This document shows, in pieces, positions 11,291 through 25,930 of a stretch of 64,000 bases of DNA. The position numbers and the translations under genes are program-made. The stretch is from Rhodosorus marinus CCMP1338 (taxonomy: Eukaryota; Plantae; Rhodophyta): positions 1,178,001 through 1,242,000 of the forward strand of contig JAMWBK010000010.1 in NCBI GenBank assembly GCA_029953675.1, given 5' to 3'. Numbering within the stretch: position 1 is the stretch's first letter; each line of letters starts with the position of its first letter. Under the pieces are notes generated by a model. It saw nothing but the letters and a program-made list of their open reading frames with translations, was not told the origin of the DNA and made no database searches.

Positions 11291-11605
<315 letters not shown>

Positions 11606-12074
11606 ATAGATTAAATAGTGATCAATTAAAATACAATGTAGTGATTCGATTCAGCCGCAACATGCTCATCAGATATTTAAGATCACCCGTGCACATGGAG
11701 GCACCAGGACTTATCGACCAACGCCTAGCTACTGCACGATTGTCTCCTACGAACCTTTCAATCCAGGCGAACGGCCCGAGCTGGTTTAGCGAATTGTACT
11801 ATGTGCGGTTTACTAAAACTCCCAGGTGCCGAACTGCTAGTGGGGGTTGCACAGACAATGACTGCTATGCAGTACGCGTGGGACGGACAGGATAGTGAAG
11901 GGCTTAAAGAAGATCGTCAGAATGTGAACCGCTCCATCGTTACCGTCTGGATCTCATCCCAAAAACACTGGCCCTTTGTACTACGTTTGGGCAAGCTCTC
12001 CCAGGCGCTTCAGAGGCACTTCAATAACAGTTTCGTAGTCCGAAATGCCTCCATCTCGAGGCTCCTCATTAGAG

Positions 12075-12117
12075 CAAATATGCCAGTTGGCGTACAACCC
12101 GCCGACTGGCATATTTG
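12075..12117. repeat. 18-bp-stem hairpin (one G-T pair), 7-nt loop
   Basis: CAAATATGCCAGTTGGCG-TACAACC-CGCCGACTGGCATATTTG. Confidence 0.9.
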
Positions 12118-13257
12118 TAGCAGGCTGTCATCGTTTTCTGCACGTTCAACTGCACGCTCCCCAGATTCTAGAGGTGGCAATACTGTCGGGGAGACACTGC
12201 ACAGGGGTAAAACAGGTTTCTTTTTCTCGACAGGTACTCAAACAACACGTGCGTGGGCCCACTTCGCCAGGGCTGCCGCATCAATCACGAGATTTCGACA
12301 ATGACGTACTGGCGATTACTTCAACAGGCGTGGGATCAAGGAGGCTACGCGATTGCAATACCATCACAGCTCCATCCAGTTAGAACCCTACGTGTGTAGG
12401 TGAACAGCGATCCAGCTCAACCAGCTCAGAGATGTCTTCCCCAGCTTCCCTCGAGTATGTATGAATGAAAAAAAAACCACCCAGCCCTTCGGAGGGGTAT
12501 GTGGATGTTCCGCCATGACGAAATCAGGTAAAAAGATAGAACTTTAGACCCTCGAGGGCATGTTAAGGGGTAGGACGCTTTTCCTTTTTTGACCATTCAT
12601 ATCTTACCACGTGTCATAAGGAACGTTCCTATCAAGGTTGTAGAGTGAGCGAAACTGAGAGTGGGTCGTTGGGAACACCACCGTCTTTGCATTCTATCTC
12701 AGGGTGGTATCTTCAGTTTCTTAAGAATACAACTTTCAGTTGTACGGTCATCCAAAAGTCTTTCTATTTACGTTAGTTTTTCGTTGCTCAGCAGAAATCG
12801 ACGATCTCTGGGAGCGGCGTGGACTGCGATCCGTTCAGCACACGAGGCGAGTGGGGGAAGCCCTACTTCTCAGCATCGACTCAGCGCCTGAAATTGTTCC
12901 GTCCAAGTATCGGGGGGCATGTCGAACGATGTGCAGGAGGCGATCCTTGCAAGCTGCCTAAATCTTTCATCGAATTTCGCTGATTGTACATCGTGCAGAC
13001 TCCAGAATTCTGTTTTCCGGAAATTCCTTGTGCTAAAAGAGCCTCATGCGATATGATCTGTTCACGGCGCCAGTGAGTGCTTGCGAAACATACAAGATAA
13101 GCTTTACATGATTAAGTTCAATGGCCTTTAAATTTTCCTCAGTCAAGAGTGTAAATCCAGTTGATTTGGGAAGAATCCGTTGTTTTTGATGGTGGCCTGT
13201 GCAAGAGGTGAGTGAGACTTTGCCTTTAGCTGCTGGGCTGTGTTTCAAAGCTCTCTT

Positions 13258-15517
13258 TCATAAGTTTCTTACTTTTTCCGGCCCTTCTCTCAATTTTTTG
13301 TCTGAACGCTGGCGTTTCTCCAGCTCTTCCTTCACAACCTTTCCCACAGTACAAAGTCCTCTGTTGTCAGCTTTGCGCCTAATTTACCTTGAGTTGGCGG
13401 TAAAAGCGTCGTTCATACCTGAGCTTTGTCAAACAGCTTCTCTCGCTCTTCCTTGTACTCGGGAGTATCGCTGCAGTCCAGTACAGCTTGAAGCGCTTGT
13501 ACATCCTGTCGCATTCTAAGCCGCGATAGTCGCAAGAAAAACGAGGAGGTTCAGCTAGGATTCTTCGGCGATCCGTTTTTTCTTCTTCGTTACCTGGCGT
13601 CCGTTGGCAAAAGATCGTCAGCGTCTGGCTGTGCTCTTTCGGCGGGACAATCGCGAATATCCCAATACCTTTCCTGGTCGAAGTCCAAGTAGCCTGCCGG
13701 AGCAAGACTATTAGCAAATGGCATGGAAGAGGAGGTTTCCTTCGTGCTTACCCAAGTATGTCCCTTGCGCCACACACAGTACACGAGAGCTGTAGATGCA
13801 AATATCGAAAGTCCCAATTTTCAGCAGAGGTGAAAGATCGTAATCAAACGGTGATTGTGGAGTGCTCACCCATCCGTCCCTTTCAATTTAGCAGGAGCCG
13901 CTTTTGCAGCACCTTTCGACACAGAACCAGATTTCGAGGCGCCTCGGAACAATCCATTTGGTCTTGACAGACCAGAAGGCCTTTTGTCAGCTTCTTTAGT
14001 AACGGCCTTCACTGTATTAACAATATCATAGTCGGTCCGCAACTCCAGGCCCTTTGCATCCAGCAGAGACTCATTCATGTAAGGCGAGCCTTTCTTGCCG
14101 GTAGCTGCTGTGAGTCCCGAGAAGTCCATCCTGACAAAAGGAAAGAAATCCGTTAAACTAAAACCCCACATCTCCACACATGCACTTGGTTCAGGCGATG
14201 CCCATGATCGTACTTCTGAAACTTTGTCGAGGACGGCTTATACACAACTCCCCTAAAGTAATCTGTTGGCTTGCTGTTCGCCCCTCCGAAGATGCCAAGA
14301 AACTTCGGATCGACATTAAGCGCAAAATCTGCGACTATGTCGTTTGCTTGATCGTAGATACTCAATCCCCCTAAAAACCTGTCAGGTAAGACTCACATGA
14401 ATGAGTGCCTGTCTTCCTTAGAATCGAGCTCCCCCTTTCTTGCTCTGGTTAGCTTACTCCACTCTTCTCTCTCCGAAAAGCAAGCCACGAAGGGCCATGT
14501 ACGGCATTAAGATGACCACCCTCCCTCCATCTACAAAGTTCCATGGGCCACGAGATCAAACTTTCAGTGGGAGATCTGGCCAACGTTTGTATCGAATAAC
14601 CCTCACCTTGGAAGTCCACAATATTGACACCGTTTCGTCTCGTTCTGACGCAATTCTCCAACATGTTCACCTTCCCGCTAAACATTCCGAAGCCCATGAA
14701 CGTATACAAGTTCTTCGCATAAACCACAAGCGCTAAGCTCAGTCATAAGAATGGCGAAGAGGGAGTACAAGAGGGAGTACAAGCCTCTGGTGCGGATGGG
14801 ACAACCTACCTCCGGGTGTCGTACTAGCCAGTGCGTGACTGGAGGATGGTGATTCGTTTGCTCCAAATACACCGCCGTACCGTCTTTCCATTTCGCCGAA
14901 TACGTTTCACCCAGAATCGGGTTGAAAGGTTTGGATAAACTAGCCGAGCCGTGCAGCCCCGCAATGACAAAAGCCTGAGGCAGAAGCGGTACCAGACGGA
15001 CGAGTGAGGGCCCCGCTTGCACACTACCGCGAAGATTTTCAAGATGGACAATCGCGATTCATACCGCAACGAGCTTCACTCTCTCCAGAGGATTCTTTTC
15101 CATTGCCGCCTTAGTCAAATAATACGGTCCGTAGTCCCAGTCATCGACTAGCTTTTCGAGAAAGCTGCGAGGTTGGAAGACGCTGACGTGAAGGGACAGC
15201 TCGGTGAGCGGTTTTCCTGCACGTCCACGAAGGTGTCAGCTCGGAAGCTTCCTCATGAGCAGATTCTGTTCTAGGATTTTTCTACTGTTCCCACCAAAGA
15301 TATGCAGTCCAACACATTGCGACGTCGAGGAGTGGCCGAACAGCTTACCTTCAAAGAACTTGGATCCGACAGTACGTAAGGTCCTCGCGATAAAAGATTT
15401 CTGTCGTTCAGCCATGTCACCGTCTGTAATGGCAACACCGCCCCCGGAAGAACCCATAGAGTGACGGAAATCATCGCTAGCATCAAAACTCTTGGTATCA
15501 AAACTTCTCAGAGACAT
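13258..15517 (-). CDS. Oxysterol-binding protein (OSBP/ORP family, ORD domain only), multi-exon
   Basis: PRSFLEK, KPFNPILGETY, EQTNHHPP (OSBP fingerprint), LPTDAR-MRQD, and AQ-VVKEELEKRQRSDKKLR across about 9 exons. The 3' end is approximate. Confidence 0.9.
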
Positions 15518-17223
15518 GATCGCAGTTTTCTCACAATCCAGTTAAGCGACCGTAATCCCACATTAGACTCACAAAACTCTTGGCGCTTGACCTACCCAAC
15601 CCCACCCCCCCCCCAACCCTACGCCTGCTTCCGTCCCTTCGACGTTGACCCTCAAACCCAGACTTTCAAATAAGGATGACACGTCAAGACTAATTGAACT
15701 CAAACAAAGCAAACTCTACCGAGAGTCACAAAAGGACCTTAGGACATACAACTCTACACTCTTTTCAACCTAATCACCCTTCACAACCCTCCTTCTCAAA
15801 GCACCCATGGCCCCCAACCATCCCCAGTCCTCATGTTTGTCACACGCTGAAAGAAAACCCTTTTATGAGCACTTACAAAACGATCGTCCAAAAAACACCA
15901 ATTTTCGCTGCCTCCAATGTAGGCACATAACAAAAATGAAAAATTAATATATTTACTAGAAGCAAGTAAACATTGGTCACTTTCTGTCCTAGAAACCTTC
16001 GTAGCCACTGTTTTCATGCTGAATAGAGTGTCCATATTTTTCTGTAAAAAAAAGAGAGACACAGCGTAACCTTGATAAACAAGACAAGACGAACACTTTT
16101 TCCTTGTTTTGCCAGTGAGTCAGCAGCCGAGGATAAGTCAATGTCTGAACCCCTCAACCGGCCCCCCCCCCAGAATCCGTGAGTTCCGAATATTTGAAAA
16201 GATTGGGGAGTGTCGTGTCTATAGAAAATCCGATTTCTACCCCCCCACTGACACTATACCATGTGCAGCATGATGTACTTCCCCTCCTACCCCCCCTCCA
16301 TATTTCTCGATAAGCTGTGGAAAGTGCCCAGGCCGTACAAAAAAAGATGATTGGGTAAATTATTGTCCCTCAAGGGGCGGACCGGAAAAATTGGCGAATG
16401 CGATAGAATGAGAACATATATTGCAATCGGAGAGACTCTCTGCAGATATCCTGTAAATTATTTTTATACATGAATAGGTTTATCGTTTGATGTATTTTTA
16501 TTGGCGTGTTGTAATATATATTTCTCAAACGATTTTTTTTGGGAGAACTGAAGGATTGGTTGGATTCGAGGATATTGATTTATTGGCGGTTGCGGGTAAA
16601 CAGAGTTTCGGGCTGGGACACGGCCACACGTCCTGAAGACAGGTTTCCAGACATCCTGAAAAGATTATTCAATTTAGTTCAATAGCTCGCTCACTGAAGA
16701 AGGGACTACCAAATACGTTTCACCCGACCAGCGGGGCCAGTCAAGGCAATCCCCGTGCTTCGAAAACACTGGATAGGATAGAGGAGCGCAAGCGCGGTTC
16801 CTGAGAGTCTCTAATATAGTGGTAAGGACATGCGCACCGGTGCCTCGGGAGGTATGGAAGAGGCCCTCTCACGATCGTTGTGAGAATGGTGAGACCATGC
16901 CCAAACCCTCAAAGCCTGCCAAGTGCCTAGGGCGCCACAATGTCCGGTAGATCAACCAACCGCTTCCGGAGTGATCTGCTATCAACAGATCTGTCCTTAT
17001 TCACAGGAAAGCATGAGCGGAGTCTCGTAGAGCTCTTGCAATCGGCTCAAGAGCCCGGAGCTAACGTTGTACAATACCCCTTCCGGAAAAGAACGGATTC
17101 CCGGACCTCATATCTGTGATCGAGGTGGAATCATCTGAATTATTTGCGGTGGTATCGAATCCGACTTCATTGAGTGAGTACTGGGGTGGACGCCGTTCAA
17201 CTAGTTGAGAGAGTGAAGTCTTG

Positions 17224-18760
<1,537 letters not shown>

Positions 18761-19280
18761 CTCTCCCATACTACCGCGAAAGGGCCCAGGCTTGAGCCTT
18801 CGTACAGTGAACCCTAGTGGTCGTTTTTGGAACACGACACATTCCGAGTAAAACCTTGAGTTCCTAGCACTTGATAAAGGCAGAATTGGCCTTCGAAGGC
18901 TCAACTCCATTTTATCTCCATTCAATATTTTCAATCCAATAGAATCGATAGAATGTTTTTTTCTGCATATCAATAATATAAGAATTCTCAAGGGATGCTT
19001 TTTTAAAACGGAGATCAATATTATTCCCCAATAAATAAGAATAATGTAGAAGAATATGTTTTTCATAAGATATTCTCGTATATTTAGCCAATGGATTTTG
19101 GCAGACGAGATATGCTTATTTTTCTAATTAGTTTCTTGAGTCAATGAGATACTTGTTGAAAGCGAGGATTCGATTGCGTTGATTGGGGAGGATCGAGCTA
19201 GACTGTCGGTATCTGACGGGATGGTGACGGGTTGGAGTTAAAAAGTGAGCACCGGAGTTTCGATCCATAGGAAATAATCA

Positions 19281-20950
19281 ATGACGACCACAGGTGCGTG
19301 GAATTCTGGAAGATCTCCGTGGCTTGCTTTTGCTTCAACCCCCACTCTCGGTCATCTCGGGTAATAAGGGAGGAACTGGATCTTTGGATGGCGTGAACCC
19401 AGCGAAGCCGATCTTGGTTGAGTGGGAGCATTGATATTTTTAGAGCCTGAGGATATAGTGTTTCGTTCATTTTTGCTTCAGATGCGATTAGTCGCGCGAA
19501 AGCGTTGTTCAAGTCAAAATTTGGAGCAGATGCTGAGGTTGGTGGAGCAGCACCAGGCAGGGTGAATCTTATAGGCGAGCATACAGATTACTGCGATGGA
19601 TTTGTATTCCCGTTAGCATTGCAGTTCAGTACTGTAGTCCTCGGCAGGAAGAATCCTGAACACGCGGGTACTGTAATAGTCTGCAGTGAAGCGCAAAACC
19701 AAGAAACAATAGAATTTGCTGTAAGTTCAGCCGAGTACTAGGATTCTCAATTCGGGTGTTTGTTACAAATTCAGCTCTAACTCCCTATGAATGCGCAGAT
19801 GTTAGATGGCATGAAGGCAGGCGAACCTGCCTGGACCAACTATATTAGGGGCATGGTGTCTATCTATCGAGAAAACGGTTTTGACGTGCCTGGGTTCGAC
19901 GCTGTTGTTTGTACTGATGTACCAATTGGTGGCGGAGTGAGCAGCTCCGCAGCTTTTGAGGTGAGTCTGACGTTTGCGTATTGTCACTGATGCGCATTTC
20001 CGCAGTGAAGACATCGGCACTCTTCTCAACTGGACGTTGCCGCTGTACTATACACAGATGTCTAGCGGGATCTTCATTGAAGAGCTGTGCAAGAAGACTG
20101 TGGAAAAGGAGACTCGCGCGCTGTGGGGCCAAAAGTGCGAGCACACATTCGTCGGGCTCATGTGCGGGATTATGGACCAGATGATCTCCTCGAAAGCGAC
20201 GCTTGGTCATGCGCTTCTTATTGATTGCAGGTAACTCCTCCTGATCACTTGAAATTCGCTCCTGCTAGATGATTCTAAGTGTTCAAAACCTTAAACAGGT
20301 CACTGGAATGTGAGGAAGTGCCACTCACAGATCCTGGAGTCTCTGTTGTAGTGTGCAACTCGAACGTCAAGCACACGCTTACGGGTTCCGAGTACCCGGA
20401 CCGTGTTAGACAATGCAAAGCCGTCGCAAGCGCGATAGGCGTAAAAGCACTTAGGGATGCGACCATGGTAGGACCGCTAGCTACCAGCCGCTGAGGTAGT
20501 TGATTGCGTACTTAGCAGCTTTTTCTTGACTTACAGGAATCGCTGAATAGTGTCAAGGACAAGCTTTCGGACGTTGAGTATCGAAGAGGCCGCCACGTTA
20601 TCACGGAGGACAATAGAGTCCTGGACTGCAAGGATGCTTTGATTAGCAAAGACTATCCTAAAGTGGGAACCCTTATGACAGCCAGTCACGCCAGTCTAAG
20701 GGACGACTACGAGGTCAGCATACCCGAGATCGATTTTCTGGTTGAATTGGCCAACTCTTTCCCAGGGGTGTTCGGGTCTAGGATTACTGGAGGTGGTTTC
20801 GGAGGCTGCACTGTTACACTGGTCAAGACCGAGAACGCGAACGCCCTGATGGAGAAAATGTCCCAGGATTACCATGCCAGGTTTGGTGTGAAGGTCTCGT
20901 CGTTCATTACCAGCCCGGGCTCTGGAGCTCACCGGGTAGATATGTCTTGA
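19281..20950 (+). CDS. GALK: Galactokinase (GHMP kinase, GALK1/bacterial-like type), multi-exon; first mini-exon MTTT at 19281-19293 is inferred
   Basis: [78 protein letters not shown]. Confidence 0.96.
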
Positions 20951-22823
20951 AGCCGCACTTGCTTCGCAGGTAAAAATCATAGATTTTCGACCTAGTCAAT
21001 CCGATAGGCAGTAAAGTACGTTCTGAGGAACCAAGCATTTCTACAACCTCGCGTGGCAAAGAACGAGAATCGCAGCCTTCGTTCTTTCATCACGGCTTCC
21101 ATTGTGGATTTTCGATGTGACTCTTGTGGCCACGCTAGCTAGTTAGGCGTCTCTCAATTCTCTGCTTCCAATCCCTGATGTCTAAGTATCCGAGAACCTT
21201 TGCCTAAACTTCAGACGAAGCCGCGCCAATGAAAAAGCATTGTCCACAGAAGATTAGAGAAAAGGACTTCCAAGATCTCTGAGAGGATATTTGGATGGAA
21301 GCCGCTTTGATCTACATGAATCACGTCGTTTTTCTCATTCTCTTCTGACGCTCCGCTAGCAACTGCTCCTGGGGGCTGTGACTACATCGCATTTTCCGCT
21401 TCTGCTGGTTGTGCAATGCCAGCCAATGAGTATGTACAACCTAGAAGAAAAGAATCAGATGTGTACGTTCAAGCTGATTGGAACAATGATGCTTGCTGAT
21501 TCCCTATTCATCGCCTGGATGGCTCTTCGTGACCCACCGACTACTACATGAGTTGCTTAGGCAGTCCCAGCAATGCTCTAGCTTTCTGAGGAAATCTAAA
21601 TTTATTACGAAAAACAAGCTCTCTCGTGGTCAGTACGCAGCTTTGAATCCTAACCAACAGTCTGTCCTCCTAAAATCTCAAAATTTAAAACAAAAACTCG
21701 GGTCCTGGTACTGAATACCCTAGAACAGTCTGTCCATTAAACAACGAATTATTACCAACCGTCGTCTAGACTGTCCAATTAGCTTCGAGAAGTTTGGAAA
21801 CTCAATGGGCAGCAGAATATTTGATTTCGATGTGGTCGTGGGAAGGGGTAGGAAAAAAAACTGAAAGTTAGGCACTGACCTTTTGACCTTTTCGAGGGAT
21901 CTCACCCCTATGAAAGAGATGCTATTTTCTGAAATGTTTCTATTTTTGAGATTGTTTAGGACTTGAACGGAGTTTTCCACGGTGGCGGTTTTGAACTTCG
22001 AAAAATTTGAAAGACACCTCCTGCAAAGGTCCGTCGCCTTTAACCTACCCCCCTTGTATTCTCCGAATGACGACCAAACTCTACTAAGCATTCAGAAAGT
22101 CAAAAAAAAATCAAGATTGAGAAAATACGAAGAAAATTCCGCGATCCTGCAGTTTCAAGCGTTGAAATGCAGAAGAAAACCAATCGGAAAGACGTACAAC
22201 GCGGGCCTAGCTCTTCCCATGCCGTTCCCCGTCACATGGCTGAAACTCTCTTTTTTTAAAAACAATACCAAGGTTTTCTCGTTGTTCCCAAAAAGTATTG
22301 GCGGAGATCTAATTTTCAACCCGTTACCAAGAAATATAACTTTATCTGTCATACTCCAGTATTCGCCTTTTTAAAAAAGTTGACTAGATTATCATATGCA
22401 GAATAGAAATTTATTCACATGACGACTTTAAATTGACTGAATACTTGATGACATTTAAATTGAATCTGACGTTACTTCACCTTGTCAAGTACTTATGGGA
22501 TTTCGTGCAATTTAGTGCCGCCAGGAGCTCAGTTGATAGGATCTTTCTGGTCATGGCTTGCTCTGGGGGGTTTGGTGGGTATGTCTCTGGTTGAGGAAGG
22601 GTTGAGGAGGGTAACGAGGGAGCTTTGATATGGTTGTGGGATGCCTTAGGTTGTGCAAGAGTTGTTTGGTTTCTTTTGGCTTGTTTGTTTGAATTGCATG
22701 AGTGGGACGGCTGGCTTTTACCTTTCCTAGATGCTCGTCTGTTTCCCCCCCCCTTTTTTTTTGAGTTTCGTCCGTTTTTGCGTTTTTGTTGTTTTTTGGT
22801 TGCGTTGAGAGAAGAGAGGCATT

Positions 22824-24937
22824 ATGGTGACTTCTACTAGAGAGGTGGGGTCGCTTGTTATTGAGAATGTGCCTCCGTTCTCGGAGTCGTTGGTGATGAG
22901 GTTGGATCAGTACCAGAACCATCGCGCGTGTGTGTTTGCGAGTTGGGGAAGGCACGAGAATGGAGAGCCGTTTATTCTTATTCGTACGAGGTTCTCGGAG
23001 ACGATGCAGGTGGGTTATCTGCATTACCTTCAACGGACTGCACCTGTTGCTCACAGTTCTTTCATTCTTTCCTGGGCTTGACTGGATTAGGTCCATCGCG
23101 TGGATCGGCCACTTGGAATGAGATATCAGCACACGTTCTGTAGGGAACCGGTTGCCTTCGCTCAAATGAATCCAATTCCGGAGAGAAACCAGTTCGCCAT
23201 TCTGAAAGACTATGGCGGTTCCGAACTTTATCAAGTCTACGTCTTCACAACGAAGAGCGCGTTTCGGCGTCGCGTGTCGACGGGAAAGGGTCGGCAAGGA
23301 GGCGTTCGATGGAGCCATTCCGGAGATAAACTTATCTACTCCTCAACAGCCAGGAATGGGAGGGACTGGGACATTGTTGTTCAGAAAATTCCGGTTATGG
23401 TAAGTGACACAGCGGACCCTTTTGAACCAAGACATATATGCGGTTTCGCTTCTAAAACGGTGATAATTTCATTGCGCAGTTCGAAGAAGACGGAGGGGCA
23501 GAGCTCGTCAGGAAGGTGGAAATGAAGGGAATGTGGATGCCGCTCTCGATTTCATATGATGATGAGATTATTTTGCTCTGCAAGATTATCAGCTCGAAAC
23601 AATCCGAAATATGGTCCCTGCAAGGGGAGGAGTTGACAAAACTGAAGGCTGGCACGGATGAGGAACCAATGGTCTATGGACGTTCAGCACAGTTCTCGTA
23701 TCAACAGCGTGATGACGGCTCCTACGTTGCGTACTACACGACAGATCAGGGCTCAGAGTTTCAGCGCCTGTACAGGATGAGGTTCCACCCAAAGAATGGC
23801 TTAATCGAGGACTCGTGTCTTACGAACTCCTTGGAATGGGACGTGGAAGAAGTAGCCGTTTCTCTCATGAAGAAGACGAACGAAGACGTTGTTGCATACG
23901 TAGTCAATGAGGACGGGGCAAGCTCGCTTCATCTGCAGATAGGTGAATCGGAGACGAAGTTCAGCAACCTTCCAATTGGTCAAATCTACGGCCTGCAGTT
24001 TTTGCACGATGATGAGCCCAAGTTGGCTCTGACGGTGAACGGTCCTCACACCCCTGGCGACGCGTATGTGCTTGACATCGGAACAATGAGTATGGAAAGG
24101 TGGACAGAATCCGAAGTTGGTGGATTGAATCCTTCAACGTTTGTGATTCCTGAGCGGGTACGCGTCAAGAGCTTTGACGAGCTGGAGGTACCAGCGTTCG
24201 TATATAAACCAAAGAAGAAGTGCGATGGAGGATTTCCAGTGGTTATACATATTCATGGCGGGCCCGAAAGTCAGTCCGTGCCCTCTTTTTCTCCAACCTC
24301 CCAGGCAATGGTAGAATTGCTGGGATGCTGTGTGATTGACCCGAATGTGCGTGGCTCAGTAGGCTACGGAAAGACCTACATCAAGCTTGACGACGGTTAT
24401 AAACGAGAAGATTCTGTGAAGGACATCGGAGCGGTTCTGGATTGGATTAAAACTCAATCGGACTTGAACCCTGAGAAGGTAGCTGTTTTCGGCGGAAGCT
24501 ACGGAGGATACATGGTACTGGCCTGCATGATACGCTATGGTGACCGGCTCATGTGTGGCGCGGAAATCGTTGGAATTTCGAATTTTGTTACCTTCCTGGA
24601 GAACACGTCGGATTACAGACGAGATCACCGAAGAGGCGAATACGGCGACGAGAGGGATGCGAAGATGAGAGAGTTCTTGAACAAGATTTCTCCGTTGACC
24701 AATGTAAATAAGATCAAGAAGCCAATGCTTATTGCTCAAGGGAGAAACGATCCTCGCGTACCGGAGTCTGAATCTGTGCAAGTGCGAAATGCAATTCGCG
24801 AAAACGGGCTGAACGTTTGGTACATACTGGCGAAGGACGAGGGGCATGGCTTCCGGAAGAAGCAGAATAGAGATTTCTGGAACGCCGCTTTGTTCTCTTT
24901 TTTGCAGGAACATCTTGTGAAGGGCTTGGAGAACTAG
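22824..24937 (+). CDS. S9-family (prolyl oligopeptidase / acylaminoacyl-peptidase-like) serine peptidase with beta-propeller; 2 introns in the 5' part
   Basis: IHGGPESQ, PNVRGSVGYG, catalytic GGSYGG (Ser), NDPRV (Asp) and DEGHGF (His). Confidence 0.93.
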
Positions 24938-25930
24938 TGCAATAAGGAGGAGGCGGCCAGGTTGCAGCGCGGTAGAAAGCTGCGAACGGAGAATCCTGAT
25001 CTGAAGCATCCGGCCCACCCACCGGACAATGCCTACTGGAAAAATACATAACTGTGCCCTTCCGGGTTCGGTACGGGTGACCTGCGCCTACGTTCGCATG
25101 ATAGTAACATCCCCCGCCAGAACCTAACGGCCAATCTCTTTCCGACGAGTTGTTTCTATATTCCTTATCATCTTATGCTATCAAAAGCCAAGCGAAGAGA
25201 GCTCTGCTAGAGTCCGTGCACGAAGCCAAGCAGGACAACCTCATCCCGCCCAGGCATACACAACGCCAGTGAGCAGCAAAACCCGCAACTCTTTTTTTTT
25301 TGGTCTTCATATACGAAACCCCCCCCCCCTTAACTGAAAATTCAATTAAAAAACGAAAATCAATGTTGACAGGTGGCATATCATGATTAGCCCAAAACAC
25401 CCGCGAAGAAATTCAGAGAAAAACAAATTCGAAATATCGCAAATTCTATTTTTAGGATAAAAACAATACCAATTCGTGAGACCGGCTTATACTTTACTCT
25501 ATCTGCATATTTATTTCGAAATATCATGTATTTTGTCTTGGTTCTGGACGGGGCTCCGTTTTTGTGCAGGAAAAAAGGGGTTTATTTGGTTGCCATTTTG
25601 CGGCTTGGTTTTTAGTGTGCGATATGAACTATTTGAAAAGGAGGTAAATGGTAACGTCGATGAAGTAGCTTTTCGGGGGATAGTGGGTTGGGGGGGGAGG
25701 AGCGTTGGTGGAAGGCGAAGGGCTCCTCCTGTTTTCGAGTTGAAGACTAGTTTAAGTTTTTGTGGTTTGAATAGAACTCTTCCTGATGCTACGAGTGATT
25801 TTGTGAATATTTGTATTATGTGGTGGTAGGTTTTGGTCGTTGGTGGACTCTGTTGGGGTTGTGGGTTGTCGAGGCGTGGCGGTGATGGTTGAAGGTCTTG
25901 GAAGTTTGGGAGGGGGCGAGGGGGAATGAT

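Noticed and set aside
21493-22374. Overlapping ORFs of 65-130 aa between GALK and the peptidase
   Set aside because: AT-rich, with no recognisable motif or consistent splice chain.
22551-25018. Long minus-strand ORFs 22551..23318 and 24356..25018
   Set aside because: They are antisense shadows of the S9 peptidase with no motifs. The same applies to 36782..37519, 30644..31192 and the plus-strand ORFs over the ABCG genes.
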